Source of the DNA: Mizuhopecten yessoensis
Lineage: Eukaryota
Length of the DNA: 64,000 nucleotides
Assembly (NCBI RefSeq): GCF_002113885.1
Contig: NW_018408769.1
Coordinates: 422,832-486,831 of the forward strand
Reading direction: 5' to 3'
The translations under genes were made by a program, and so were the position numbers. This document shows, piece by piece, positions 51,971-64,000 of this stretch. Each line of letters opens with the position of its first letter. Position 1 is the first letter of the stretch. The notes under the pieces were generated by a model, which was not told where the DNA came from, searched no databases, and saw only the letters and a program-made list of their open reading frames with translations.

Positions 51971-54900
51971 CTAAAGGTAGATAATGGACTTCACGGTGTA
52001 AAACCGACGATAGGTCGGGGAAACTTCGGATTCATACTGGTTCAGATTGCCTTCGAATTCAGTGAGAATTTTGGAGAGCTCGCTGCTGTACGTGTCCTTA
52101 CTGGCGAAGCTCCCTGCAGGAGATGGGCATCGGCTGTAGTCGGGAATTGGATCTGCCGTACGCATGCACGTGTAAGGTGTGCTAGACCTAGGCATACTAG
52201 GTTGTGTTAGCACATCTTCTTGTGAACTTCGTCCCGAGGATTTCAAAACGTTCGCATCAGACCCAAAAAATGCACTGTCATAGCTCTCAGTATCTATTTT
52301 GTGTTGTACGTCATGCACATTGTTGTTGATGTCATCACCGTAATCTAGGGGAAGTTCGTCACCAGCCCTGTAACTAGTCTCTAACATGGCTTTATTATTA
52401 CAAACAATCCAATTTTCCACTGCACTGTTTCTTTTTGTCGGAAAATTTCCGTATTGGTTATTGGCTAGCGCGCATTCTCCCGTTTCCTTGAAACAACAGT
52501 CACACAACAGTCCGTCTGTTTCCGATTCACAATGGTTTCTAAGCGCCTCAGCTACTTCTAAATCGCAGTAGGACAAATCATCTGTCCTCTCACTCCCTAA
52601 GTCGTGGGTATAGGCGGGAAATTCTTCCCGTTGATCTGCATTGACGTAGTCAATAGTAGGTGTTTTTCTAATGACCTGTAGAGAAGTATACTCTGTGGAC
52701 GAATCGTAAGAGGTCTCGACTGCTGGCTGCGCATATTCCGATTGGTCTGGGCGATTCACTACTTCAGATGGAGATTCTGTCATCAGTTTGGTCAACGATC
52801 CCTAAAACGTATGCAACTTAAGTATATTATTATGTCACAGACAGAAAACCACTGCAGTGTCAAACATATAAGTTACTGAACAGATAGTTGTAAATCAACA
52901 AAGATTAAAAACAAAAACAAAATAAAGTGATAAATTGATTTTAAGATAAAAAAAATCGTAGATAGACTTCATTACGTATTAATGTTCTTATCAATATATG
53001 AGTAAGCACGATTTCATAACATATTAAACTTGAAATAATCAATACCTTATACGCATTGACAAACTGTTTAAAGTGTCCAAACAGTTCTGAAGGCTCAATA
53101 TTTTCAGAATTCTCCCCAAACGTAGAACACGCACGTGTGTAGACAGTGTGTGTACGCTGGCATGACCGCCTCAGTTTCCAAATGCGCTCTTCGCCTTCTT
53201 CATAAAAAGTCTGTTTTTAAGTCAAAGAAACAACTGTAACAATTAACGGTAATTTATTTAAAACTCTTCTTCGTTTCCTTATCTAAATCCCATTCAGTAA
53301 TTTTTACTAATCATACGACAATTCTATACCACGCACAACGAGAAATATCGCTGAATATGATTGGTATCAGAAAAATATACTAAATGACAATCAAGATATA
53401 AATCATGTTTCAATTTTTTACTAATTATTTCAACGTCCGCAGTATGCATCCATATATGAAAACTGTTTTTACAATTTAAAAAGAGAATATCTGGATGGTT
53501 TGTATATCATATAATAGCAAAGGATACAGCCAATCGTTCTGAATGACCACTAGACGTCTGGTTCATGTGGTCGCCCACCATCCGAATACCCTCGTCTAGC
53601 TCCTGTACCAGGGATGTCAGGCGAGCAAAACTACCTGTGGCACATAATAAAGTATACATGTTCGACATTTGGTATTGATTGTGTTCAACGTAGGCAGTGA
53701 GACGTGTTCCGCGTAGGCAAGAATAAAACCTGTACATATTTTACATGAACCACAGCCTGTACAGGACAACGTCGGAACAAAATGTGTACACTTAAGCATA
53801 TTTTAAATCAAAGCATACATCAAAACAAAGCCCCAACCCTTATAAACAAGCTGTATAAATACATGAATAGAATATCCTGCTTGACAAAAAATCTTTGGTT
53901 AAACATTAGAAAAAAGGTAAAAGTGGAAATGTAAGGACACAATTAGAATTGGTTACGTTCAGTGCAGGCAATATTATATGCTCAAATTATGCATTTGCAA
54001 ATGCCCAAAGGGGTTCGAGCAGTTTTATGGAGTATTCCTTTTAGCCTTACCTTTAGCCACGGGGAGCAGGTCGATGTCTTGGTACCAGTGAAGAATATCC
54101 GGATGGTTACGGGCCATCATCCTTACAATGAAATCGACGAGAGTCTGTGTCTTATCACTTGACTTCATGTCTTTCAGCTGGGGAAGAAACAAATAGACTG
54201 TTGATACATGTAGGTTCTAGTTTACGTTAAATTATATACAGTATTGGACTGCAACATTAAACAAGACAGAGACTTTTCCTCTGCGTGACGGCAGGATAAC
54301 ATTTATATTTGCTGTTATTAGATAAGACGAGAATATCATTATGACAACAATGTACACTATGGCTTACCGATGACAGACAGGAAAAGTGGAAGCCGTGGAT
54401 GGAACCGCATTTGTTGGTATTTGCGTAATTTCCGAGAAGCAGGATTATCTGTGTTCAGAAAAAATATTGTCAAACAAAGTTGTGAAGAACTGTCTTTTTT
54501 TGTTGTTGCTAAAAGTCATTCTAAAATAGATTATTCTTTATCATTTTAGTGAATCAACATTACCTCAAACACTTTCTTAATCCTTTCACAGTTCAGCAAA
54601 GAAGAAGAGGATTTCTGAATGTTATTCAGTTCCTGAAATAAAACGAAGAGTGTTCTACAATGTTTATATTGAGAGAAACTAAAATTCTTAATTGTTAAGT
54701 ACTACAAGGTACTTGAAAAGTTGCTTTGTTTTGTACTAAAACTACATTTATTAAATAAAATTGAACAACAGGGGAGGCCTATATGTGTTCTCTTCTGTGA
54801 GATGTTAGAATGCATCTGTATACAGAACATGTAATATATAAGAAATGTCAAATTGATAACAACTATCATGAATATACAAACAGTATACAAATCCAAGTCA

Positions 54901-57900
54901 GTGGTGTAGGGGAGATAAATCTGTGTCACATGTTTAGGGAAGATAACTTTAGATATGCGTTCATGTTTCACCACCAGGACAACAGACCATACATTGTACA
55001 TAATGTAACACTAGGTCTTCTCCAGGATCTAAAGAGACTCACAGGGTGACTGGCACTTAATAACACATTAAGGTAATAAACTCTTCATAATCAATAGAGG
55101 CTTGAGCTTGTATATATGTAATTCAGCAAACGAAGTAAAGATATAACATACAGACAATTCCGTTATCTGTATTGATGATTTACTTGAACAGTGCACTAAT
55201 CATATGTACAAATACTGAATATTCATGTATATATATAGCATTCTCTCATTTAAATATTGGCGACAGGTGCACACATGATCATGATAATATTACATATAAC
55301 TGGTATTTTACAGGAATCTAAAAGAACTGTGTTGAATTTAGAAATAAAGTTGATACACTGTTTAGAATATTCTTATTGAATTCATCATCAACAGTAGTGA
55401 TGCCATGTTTCCTATTTAAAACACGCTCCAAAATTTCCCATTACAAGATACAGTTTCCAAACTTTCTCTATGTAGATTTGTAAATGTGATGTACCTCCAC
55501 GGAGTCCCGATCACACATGGTGCGCACAACTGTGCGATTTAGCAATCGTTCGCCCCGTTGTGCGCTTCTCTCCGCACAGTTAACTGTGCGATTTGCTATC
55601 ATTTGTAGATCAAAATTACGGAATGACAAAAATACGGAAGGCTTGTATGCTGTACACTGTGTATATATCTGTAATTTCTCATCACAATAATCAAGATTAT
55701 ACAATTTCACAATGCGTGTTACACAGTATTACAGCGACCGTTAAGCTGTCAAGAATGGGTTTGGCTCCAAAGGTAACAGAACAGGTAAATAACAATTTGA
55801 TGAGTGTCCGGAGTTTTACCTGACCAGTGCCTGACACACAGAGCTGATATGCGATACCGTTTGACCGTAATGAATAGTATTTGTTATTTGCATTCGTTTG
55901 CCTATAGCTCCCCTTCACCTGGATTTTCACACCCCCGGCCTTACCCGACGAGTTACGTAAGTGCCCCAGGCGGGGAGAAAACTACGGTCCAGGTACATGT
56001 ACAAAGTGGTTATGTTTACCTGTATACGGGATTGTGTTGTAATTATACATGTGTCGATTAAGTTTGTTTAAAAACACAGAAAACACAATTTCTAAATATA
56101 AGAATGCATAGACAGAAAGATAAGTTTATATATGTTACTAGAATATAGAAACATACGTAAACATCAAGTTGATATATTTAAACACGAACTCGTATAAATT
56201 GTTAAGGCATTCCTCAATTTACACGAACCACGATTGTTATCGCACAACGTCCGTCCAACGTGCGCACAGATGTGCGCATACAATGATCGTCCAGCTTTTT
56301 ATCGTTCGCCCATCGTGCACACACCGTTCACACACCGTGCACACATCGTGCGCACACCGCACATCGTGTAACATTGTGCGATCCCACAACTGTAACTATA
56401 TCAGCTATGCCATGAAAAATATTAAGTAGGAACAGAAAAGGACCAAAGACGTCTCCCTGCAGCAATATTGCATTAACAATTTCAGGATGGCCTTCAGTAG
56501 CTACCAATAACAAGCTTGTAGTTAGTTTAATTGGTTTAATTTATCACTGTACTTCCAAAAGACGAAATAACTTCATGGTTTATCACGAGATTGAGGACAG
56601 CTGACAAACTATATCAATAACCTCCCTTGTTTCAACCGACTTTGTACTTACCGGTGCCAGGGCATCCACCTTCCTCTGAAATTGATTCATGAAGGCTATA
56701 CAGCTGAGTTTGCCCTCCAGATCCGACACAGACACAAGCTGTAAATAATACGCGATGTAATGTAGTATTGCGTATGACTTTTTCCAACCAAATCTTGATA
56801 ATACTGTATAACGCGTTAATTTCTGTGAAACGAATTCCAATGAGGAAAATCTTTTTTGTTTTATTTTGTTATAAAGTTCATGAGCTTATACAATCTTTAT
56901 TGAAAATTGTCGATAGTTATCGTCATAAAAAAAGTTTACCTGAACAATGAGCTGTTCCGCCTCTGCCAACTCTTCATAGTTACAGGTAAGTGACATCACG
57001 TCTCTCAACTAGTTCAAAGAAAGATAAGATTATGACAAGTAACTACTCAATGTCATTCAAATTAAGCTGTATATCAACATATTTAGTGCGATTGAGTATC
57101 AAATATGATATTTGTTTATGAAGTACATACCTCGGTCTCAGTTGGAATGAATCGCGACAGCAGCTCCGCACTGTCCGCATCTACAGCTTCATAGTCATAC
57201 TGGTCCAGTGCTGTTTTTACATCCTCCGCCGCCAGTCCCACCTTCCGCCGAGCCAGAACTGTAAGGTAGACACCTGTTTTAGTCGAGACTCTTTACATTA
57301 CAATTTAATAAGGTTGAATACTAATATCATATCGGGGGATGCGTGATGTATTAAGTGATGTCATGTTGTCATACTACTTCAAAAGCAAATATACGACTAA
57401 AACAGTCAATCTGTCTGACACCATTTTAAACAGAGTATGTTCTTCAGATTTTCAAAGCCTGTGCATAATGATATGTTTTCATCTTACTTACCCAAATTAT
57501 GTGCTCTTGATCGTTCTAGAAAAATCATTTTCTTTTCGTGACGTAGCTGTCGAGATTCTGAAACATGAAAAGGAACTGGTGATATTTGATTAGCGTTTGC
57601 AAACTCTATTCCCAAGGAAAATATACTTTGATACCTTTTACAAGTTGGTGATTGTGAAACCAGGCAAGAACGCAAAATTATTGAATAATAAACTAGGACA
57701 CAATAAATCAAAGTACTCAAAACAACTTTATAAAACAAAAAGCACTTACACATAAAAGTAAAAATATCAAAAACTAAGTATCCCCCCCCCAGCCAACCCC
57801 TCCTCCCAATCACTCCAAACACCTCCCCGGTCCATACGACTAGCACTCTATACAGCCCTTACATCTATCATCACATTTCTTTGATACCCATCACTTCTTT

Positions 57901-60900
57901 CAATCTCCAGCCCCTCCAGCCCCCATCAATGTGAAAGCGCGGGATTGATGCCGACTTTGTAGTGTTATCTCACTGAAACATACTGCCGAAAACACCCAGC
58001 AGGACACCCCACCCGGTCACATTATACTGACAACGGGCGTACCAGTCGTCCCACTCCTAATTGCTGAGCGTTAAGCAGGAGTTGAAACTACCATTTTTAC
58101 AGACACTGGTATGTCTCGACCAGGGGACAGAACACAAAGCCTACCTCACAGGGGCGAACGCTCAACTAAAGGCCAAAAGTTAGGCATTGTCAAGGGAGAC
58201 ATTATGAAGAAGAAAGTTGTTTAGACAGAAGACAAAAGATAAGATCCCAAATTTAGTCGCCTCTTACGATTTTGCAATGGGGGCAGCAGGTACAATTCTT
58301 ACGCCCTACCTGCAGGGACATTAAGTAAATAAATAGCATTATTATATGACTGGTGCTTATTCACAACCCTGATTGGAGGAGCGACATCATGTGACGTGTC
58401 TGTAAATATGTTACAGACCTTGTTCTATGAATAGAAAAGTGTTACAGACCTCGATCGTTCTATGAATAGAAAAATGTTAACGTTACAGACCTCGACCTAT
58501 ACATATCAAAGTGTTACAGACCGCTACTAGAATAGGCCTCGGAAATTTCCCAGCCACCGATTAACAGCCAATTGCAATCAAATGACCTGTTACAAACCTC
58601 GTTCTATGAATGGAAAAGTGTTACAGACCTCGACCTATAAACAGACCGCTTCTAAAATCAGGCCTAGGTCATTTCCCAGCCAGTCTGTATAATTCTGTTA
58701 CCAACCACACTACTAAATTCAACTGCAAATGAATTATCTCATCACATTCTGAACTATGTGAATATTGATGATGTCGATTGTGCAAATAATATTTACTTGA
58801 AATTAAATATCACATGAATTGAATCTGAAATTCAAATTTTGTGTATGTTATTTTGTATTTGAAGTCCTTCACTCTGTGATTCTATCCTAAATGGTCCATG
58901 CCTACCATGTGTTTATGACTTGAAAACATATTAATCTCATTGTAAAATGTCATACATGTATAATAAAACAATTGTGGACTTCAGATTCGGTCTATCCCTG
59001 ATTTACGGACCTGGTCGGAACAATATTCACCTCGGCCTTCGGCCTCTGTGGATATTGTTCAGACCAGGTCCGTAAATCAGGGATAGACCTCATCTGAAGT
59101 CCATAATTGTATAATATTGAACAAAGATGAAAATCTGATCTTTTACCTTGATTCTTTTTCAGAGTGACAAGCGGTTTTCTTGATTCAAGTCTGAACGCTG
59201 CTTCAAATGCGTCTAAGTCCTCATCGTGTAGGATGTTGTCACTTCTCAAAGTCTGAAATGGGATATTTATATGTGACGTCATCTATAGGTCTAAGTCCTC
59301 ATCGTGTAGGATATTGTCATTGCTCAAAGTCTGAAATAGGATATTTATAGGTGAAGTCATATACGTCCAAGTCCTCATCGTTTAGGATATTGTCATTGCT
59401 CAAAGTCTGAAATGGGATATTTATAGATGACGTCATATACGTCTAAGTCCTCATCGTGTAGCATGTTGTCACTTCTCAAAGTCTGAAATAGGATATTTAT
59501 AGGTGATGTCATGTCAAAGTCCTCAACGTGTAGGATATTGTCACTGCTCAAAGTCTGAAATGGAATAATTATAGGTGACGTCATATGCGTCTAGTACTCA
59601 TCGTGTAGTATATTGTCATTGCTCAAAGTCTGAAATGGGATAATTATAGGTGACGTCATATGCGTCTAGTCCTCATCGCGTAGTATATTGTCATTGCTCA
59701 AAGGCTGAAATGGGATATTTATATGGGACGTCATCTATAGGTCTAAGTCCTCATCGTGTAGGATATTGTCATTGCTCAAAGTCTGAAATAGGATATTTAT
59801 AGGTGAAGTCATATACGTCCAAGTCCTCATCGTTTAGGATATTGTCATTGCTCAAAGTCTGAAATGGGATATTTATAGGTGTTGTCATATACGTGAATGG
59901 ATTTCAGTGAGACTTTACTTTAGTAAGAAAATCATCGCTGTCATGTACATTTTTCTGTGTTTAACACATATTGTCCTTCACGAAAATACTTAATAGGTTT
60001 TTACCTGGAAGATGGTGTCTTGTACGTCATTGAGGGGTTTCCAATAGAGGAACGGAAATGTTATCCCCGTGTTTGGTTTTCTGGATGGCCCGGTACACGG
60101 AGGTGGTGGCGGGGGATCTGTAAAATACGGGGTTGGGCAGACATATAAAACTCAATAAGTCATCAATTATCTATCAATTAGTTAATAGCAATAAAGAGTA
60201 TATAACATGTAATACGTATTCGTTAATAAGAATACGTCTGTGACAATACGTCAACGAATGTACGTCAATTATCATACTGGCACATTCGTTGACGTACAGG
60301 GCAATTCCTACGTTTTATTAAGAATTCTTCAACAGAATAACGTCAATAACTAATATAAGTATACGTTAATAAAAACACGTCAATGAGTACATGTCATGGA
60401 AACACATCAGTAGAAGAGTTATATCATATTCCATCACAAACGTATAGAGTGTTTGATATATTAAAGATTAAAAAAACTAATTAATTTGATCGCAATTCAT
60501 AAACTTTGTTTGAATTATTTTAACCTGTATATTTAAGCGTTTCGTTTGTTCTTAACTATTTGTAAATGAACAAGTGCATTTGTGAATGTGTGTCTGATCG
60601 GTTCCGGTCGTACTCACCTGGAACTTTGGGGTGAGCACTGTTGTCACCTGTCTTTGACTTCATAGACGCATCCCCAGAGTCAATGTCACTTGTGTTCCGT
60701 GTACTCTGCGTACCATATAAACACTCGTGATGTATAACAATGATAGATTATTTCAATCATGGGTTTAACAGGAATTTTCAGCAAAAAACAGATAATTTCA
60801 AGAAGCAAACTTCATTTCCCGGCGTACAGTTTACGGATTTGCATAATTCGAAAACGAACAACAATAACTGGAGAAATGGAATGTATAATGTATATACTGA

Positions 60901-63541
60901 TAACGAATAATACAAATTAAAATAATTTAATTCTATTGCTAATCAACTTTGAATTTTCTCATAGAAAACAGCTTACCTGGACTTCCTCTTGCAGGACGAA
61001 TAACTAAAAGAAACCAGCAAGGGTGTGTTAATGTAATGATTTATCAACATATCAATATTCATTTTACCGTATTTATTTATTTCAAGATCCTTTTTTATTA
61101 TTTTTTCCTTTTCATATACCTTGTCAAAGAAAGGTGCTCTTAAGAAATTCAAAGCATGTGTACCTTTTTACAGGAGATTGTGTGAATCTTTAATAGCAGA
61201 TCAATAGATGTATGTATTACTTGTTTCTGGAGATCGTCGTTCGTTGTTTCAAGAGATGATCGGTATTCTATCAACGCATCAACATCCACAAACGTTTCAT
61301 GGAATTCGGTTAATTCTCGACCCAGTTCTATGTGTTCCAAACTTGACTCAGTATCAACACTCTATATGAGAATTGAAAAACAGACGGTTTAACACGTTAG
61401 TATTACAAATGTAAATACGTAAAGAAACATAATGGAATATTGAAGAAATTAAATATACATAGTGCCAACCTTTCAATATCTCCTTTAGATCGAGTGTATG
61501 AAAACAAAGAATGAACAGCTAACCTGCTTTAAGGTATCCGCATCCAGTCCTGCAGTGATCAGCTCATTCTGAAGAAACACCCTGGAGTTCATGTTTGGGC
61601 TCGCAGCAAGGAGCGAGTTGATAAACTTCATACAACAAACCTGCATTATGAAATAAAAAAAATTTAATTAATGCAAACCTGCATACACTGTAGTGTTGCT
61701 AGTTAGTTTAAAAACCTTTCGTAGTATGAATATTCCAGAATAAAATTGAAAAAAAGATAGGTGAGTATATGGACAAAACTAAAACAACATGAAAGAAAAC
61801 GTTTGTAAAGCTGAATCTGTTCCACAATAACATCGCGTTTCTGTGTTAAGATAAAACCTACCTGAAAGGCAACATTCTGTGAGCCGGTAGACATCAGCAT
61901 GCTGACGAGAAAACGAAAACGGACAGGCTCGCAGTTCTTCAATCGGAAGTACGTAAAACAATCCAGGTTTCTGGAAAACCCTTTCGAGTCAGTCAAAACA
62001 AGACTCATTATCTGAAGTAAACAAAAGAGACCAAAACATTAACGTCAAACACAAGCAAAGTAGTTGGAACCCAAACAGTAACAGATTACAGCTTGTGGCA
62101 TTTTATATACATTTGATCTCTACCGGAATCGAAATACAAAATGTATTAAAGAGCCACAACGATTGTTGTGACATGTCATTACGAGAATCGTCGTATAATA
62201 TTGCATTATTTTATGTGTAGCTATTCGTACATTTAAACTTTAGCCCTATGGTGTTCCCGTCTCGTCTGACAGTACCCACCTCTAACGCAACCAAGCGGGA
62301 CTTCGTGAAGGAACTCATTAGGGCTGAAGCTACGCACTCCAGTCCGTACGACTCGTCAAGGAGCAGATTCGTGGCCTCCTAAAACAATAGACCCTAGAGG
62401 TTAATGGTGTCGCTAGCATGACTAAAGACAAAGATTACAACATCCCTATTTCGGCCAATTTTGACAATAATACAGTGTGGTTTATTTTTTTCTCTATGTT
62501 GGCAAAGGTATTATCCTCATTTTCTAAACAATTAGAATAATAAATTAAATAGTCATTGCAACGAATGAACTGTGGTCGGTATACCTTGTATACAAAAGTC
62601 AAGGAATATCAATATGGGTGTTTGGTCATTAATGGGAGAAACATGTCGCAAGAAAATCAATGGTCGCAGTCCATACCTAACGTTTGAGAGCAAGGCCCTA
62701 CACTTAAATGCCATTAAATGATTACGTCATACACACCTGTTCACGTAAGGCAAATTTGAGGCACAGCAAGCAGTCGTGTTCATCCGTCTGAAAATAAGAA
62801 TATGTCACAGGGTATACTCGATACTTCAGGTCCATTTAATTAGTTTTATTAGCTTACTAAAAGTAGTATCGATGAGTGACGTAACATATAACATACAAGG
62901 ACAACTCGAGCATAGAGAGGATATATCGTTTTTGAAGACATGGTTTAAAGTTAGGACTAATCTTATTAATGAGACTGGTGTTTTTATCTACAACGCAGAG
63001 AGATTTTGAAAATAATAGACCTTTCTTAAAAAGGGAGGGGGAAAGGGAAAGAGGTAGGAGAGATTGGAGGGGGGAATTAGATTCACTAATGAAAGGCACA
63101 ACGTACCAACAGTCGTTTGGAGTTGATGGCTTTGACTTTGGCAGTGGCACGTGAGAAGTCGGATGTGCATTTTTGGACGGCCTTGAGAGTAGCAAGCAGA
63201 AGACCAATACCCAATAGTGGCTCTCGCAGGAACTCCTGTACGAAACTGCAACAGTAATGGTGTCGGTCAGTCGGCTATTGGTACAATTTAAGTAATTTGG
63301 GAAAATGAAAACAAATTAAATTATACTCAACAAAACTATAATAGAGAAATAGAAGTGATTTATTTTTGTGTTACCTTTGAAACGACATTTGTAAGTCGAC
63401 TTTGAGTTTCCGCAGTAAATACGACATTGGTCTTTCATCTCGGCTCCCAGAATTCCCTTCTGTCTGTCCAGACAAGCTCTGTAAGTATTTCCGGATGTGA
63501 TCGCAGTACTGTTGTGCACTGTATACAGACTTTCGCGTTTG
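51971..63541 (-). CDS. Formin (GBD/FH3, vestigial FH1, FH2, long tail), probably MWH-related (MWHF) or FMNL-related; 5' end outside the window
   Basis: 21 GT-AG exons join in frame (2928 nt): 63541-63375, 63245-63107, 62787-62737, 62378-62280, 62011-61862, 61640-61524, 61361-61221, 61003-60977, 60705-60618, 60117-60005, 59252-59147, 57557-57492, 57258-57131, 57008-56940, 56738-56652, 54632-54564, 54448-54368, 54177-54051, 53634-53528, 53210-53046, 52801-51971. GBD/FH3 motifs: LKVDLQMSFQSFVQEF, EPVRFRFLV, CMKFINSLL. FH2 motifs: FPFLYWKPL..TIF, RAHNL, RFIPTETE, GNYAN..GF, LKDMKSSD, FGE..ELFGHFKQF. Confidence 0.9.
57935..58320 (-). mobile_element. Mollusc-type tRNA-derived SINE (Meta/RUDI-like core), possibly composite
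   Basis: Minus strand: ggcctttagttgagcgttcgcc...gtcagtataatgtgaccgggtggggtgtc...tttcagtgagataacactacaaa, preceded by the SINE-tail-like tcgtaagaggcgactaaa. Family assignment is from recall. Confidence 0.7.
58969..59109. mobile_element. ~140-bp near-perfect palindrome with central GGCC-TTC-GGCC hairpin
   Basis: ggtctatccctgatttacggacctggtc ... gaccaggtccgtaaatcagggatagacc. Upstream tgttacagacctcg repeats (58410-58635) suggest a larger non-autonomous element. Confidence 0.7.
59210..59893 (-). repeat. 72-78 bp tandem repeat (9 copies) made of a formin splice acceptor plus the first 42 nt of an exon
   Basis: Each unit is ...atatcccatttcag|ACTTTGAG.A.TGACAA.ATCCTACACGATGAGGACTTAGAC. The last copy is the true exon start at 59252. 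Confidence 0.92.
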
Positions 63542-64000
63542 CTACAAGATAAAATACAGTTCGTAATCCTCGTTAACCAAATAAAGAATTATATATAAAA
63601 TACAGTTTGAACACTTGTCTATGCAGAAATATAATAGGTAAATAAAAAATATTTTGAAATCCCTTTGAAATATATTGATTTACACAAGCCAGGTTGACCA
63701 CACAGTTTGGTCGCTCTGTCGTCCGATTTAATAAAATGCAGCAATGCTATTTATTTATGTCATGTTCTCTTTCTGGATATAGATACGGCTTCTTTTTAAT
63801 GTGACATTTTCCCGTTCACTTCCTTTGGAGGTGTTTGGTTACCTATGGTTACAATAAACACTGGTTATTAGTTCTTTGATCATATTCGCTTCCGTCAGGT
63901 ATCAATGAAACCGCAACACGGTTGACAAGTGATTACAATCTTCACCTATAAACATCCCTTTACTAAAAATATTCAATGAACAACGTCATAACTTGATGGC

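Noticed and set aside
55487-56410. Possible MITE with gtgcgcac/tcgtgc subrepeats in a formin intron
   Set aside because: Termini and target duplication could not be defined by eye.
62857-63519. ORF-track peptides at 62857-63207, 62988-63251 and 63316-63519
   Set aside because: They are wrong frames overlapping real formin exons.
61221-63541. FH2-less Multiple wing hairs orthologue
   Set aside because: A complete spliced FH2 domain can be assembled from small downstream exons.

Overview
AT-rich, intron-containing animal DNA, most likely a bivalve mollusc (inferred from SINE and Penelope-like repeat types, not proven). Most long ORFs in the track are artefacts of minisatellites. By matching GT-AG sites and reading frames by hand I reconstruct five co-oriented minus-strand genes. 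(1,2) A tandem pair of single-pass receptors (4952-7348 and 10649-16321), each with a signal peptide, one 8-cysteine domain resembling the Drosophila Grindelwald TNF-receptor ectodomain, and a death-domain-less tail sharing short motifs (HP[VI]DEH, DxxLL, PTAPP, DSGxY). (3,4) Two 12-cysteine Ly6/uPAR three-finger genes, probably GPI-anchored (23599-26981 plus an uncertain first exon; 44500-48362). (5) A 21+ exon formin (51971 to beyond 63541) with GBD/FH3, a vestigial FH1, a divergent FH2 and a tyrosine-motif-rich tail, probably of the multiple-wing-hairs-related (MWHF) or FMNL-related type. The rest is large minisatellites, a TA-flanked long-TIR MITE, tRNA-derived SINEs, palindromic elements and retroelement relics. 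One minisatellite is an amplified splice acceptor plus exon start of the formin gene.
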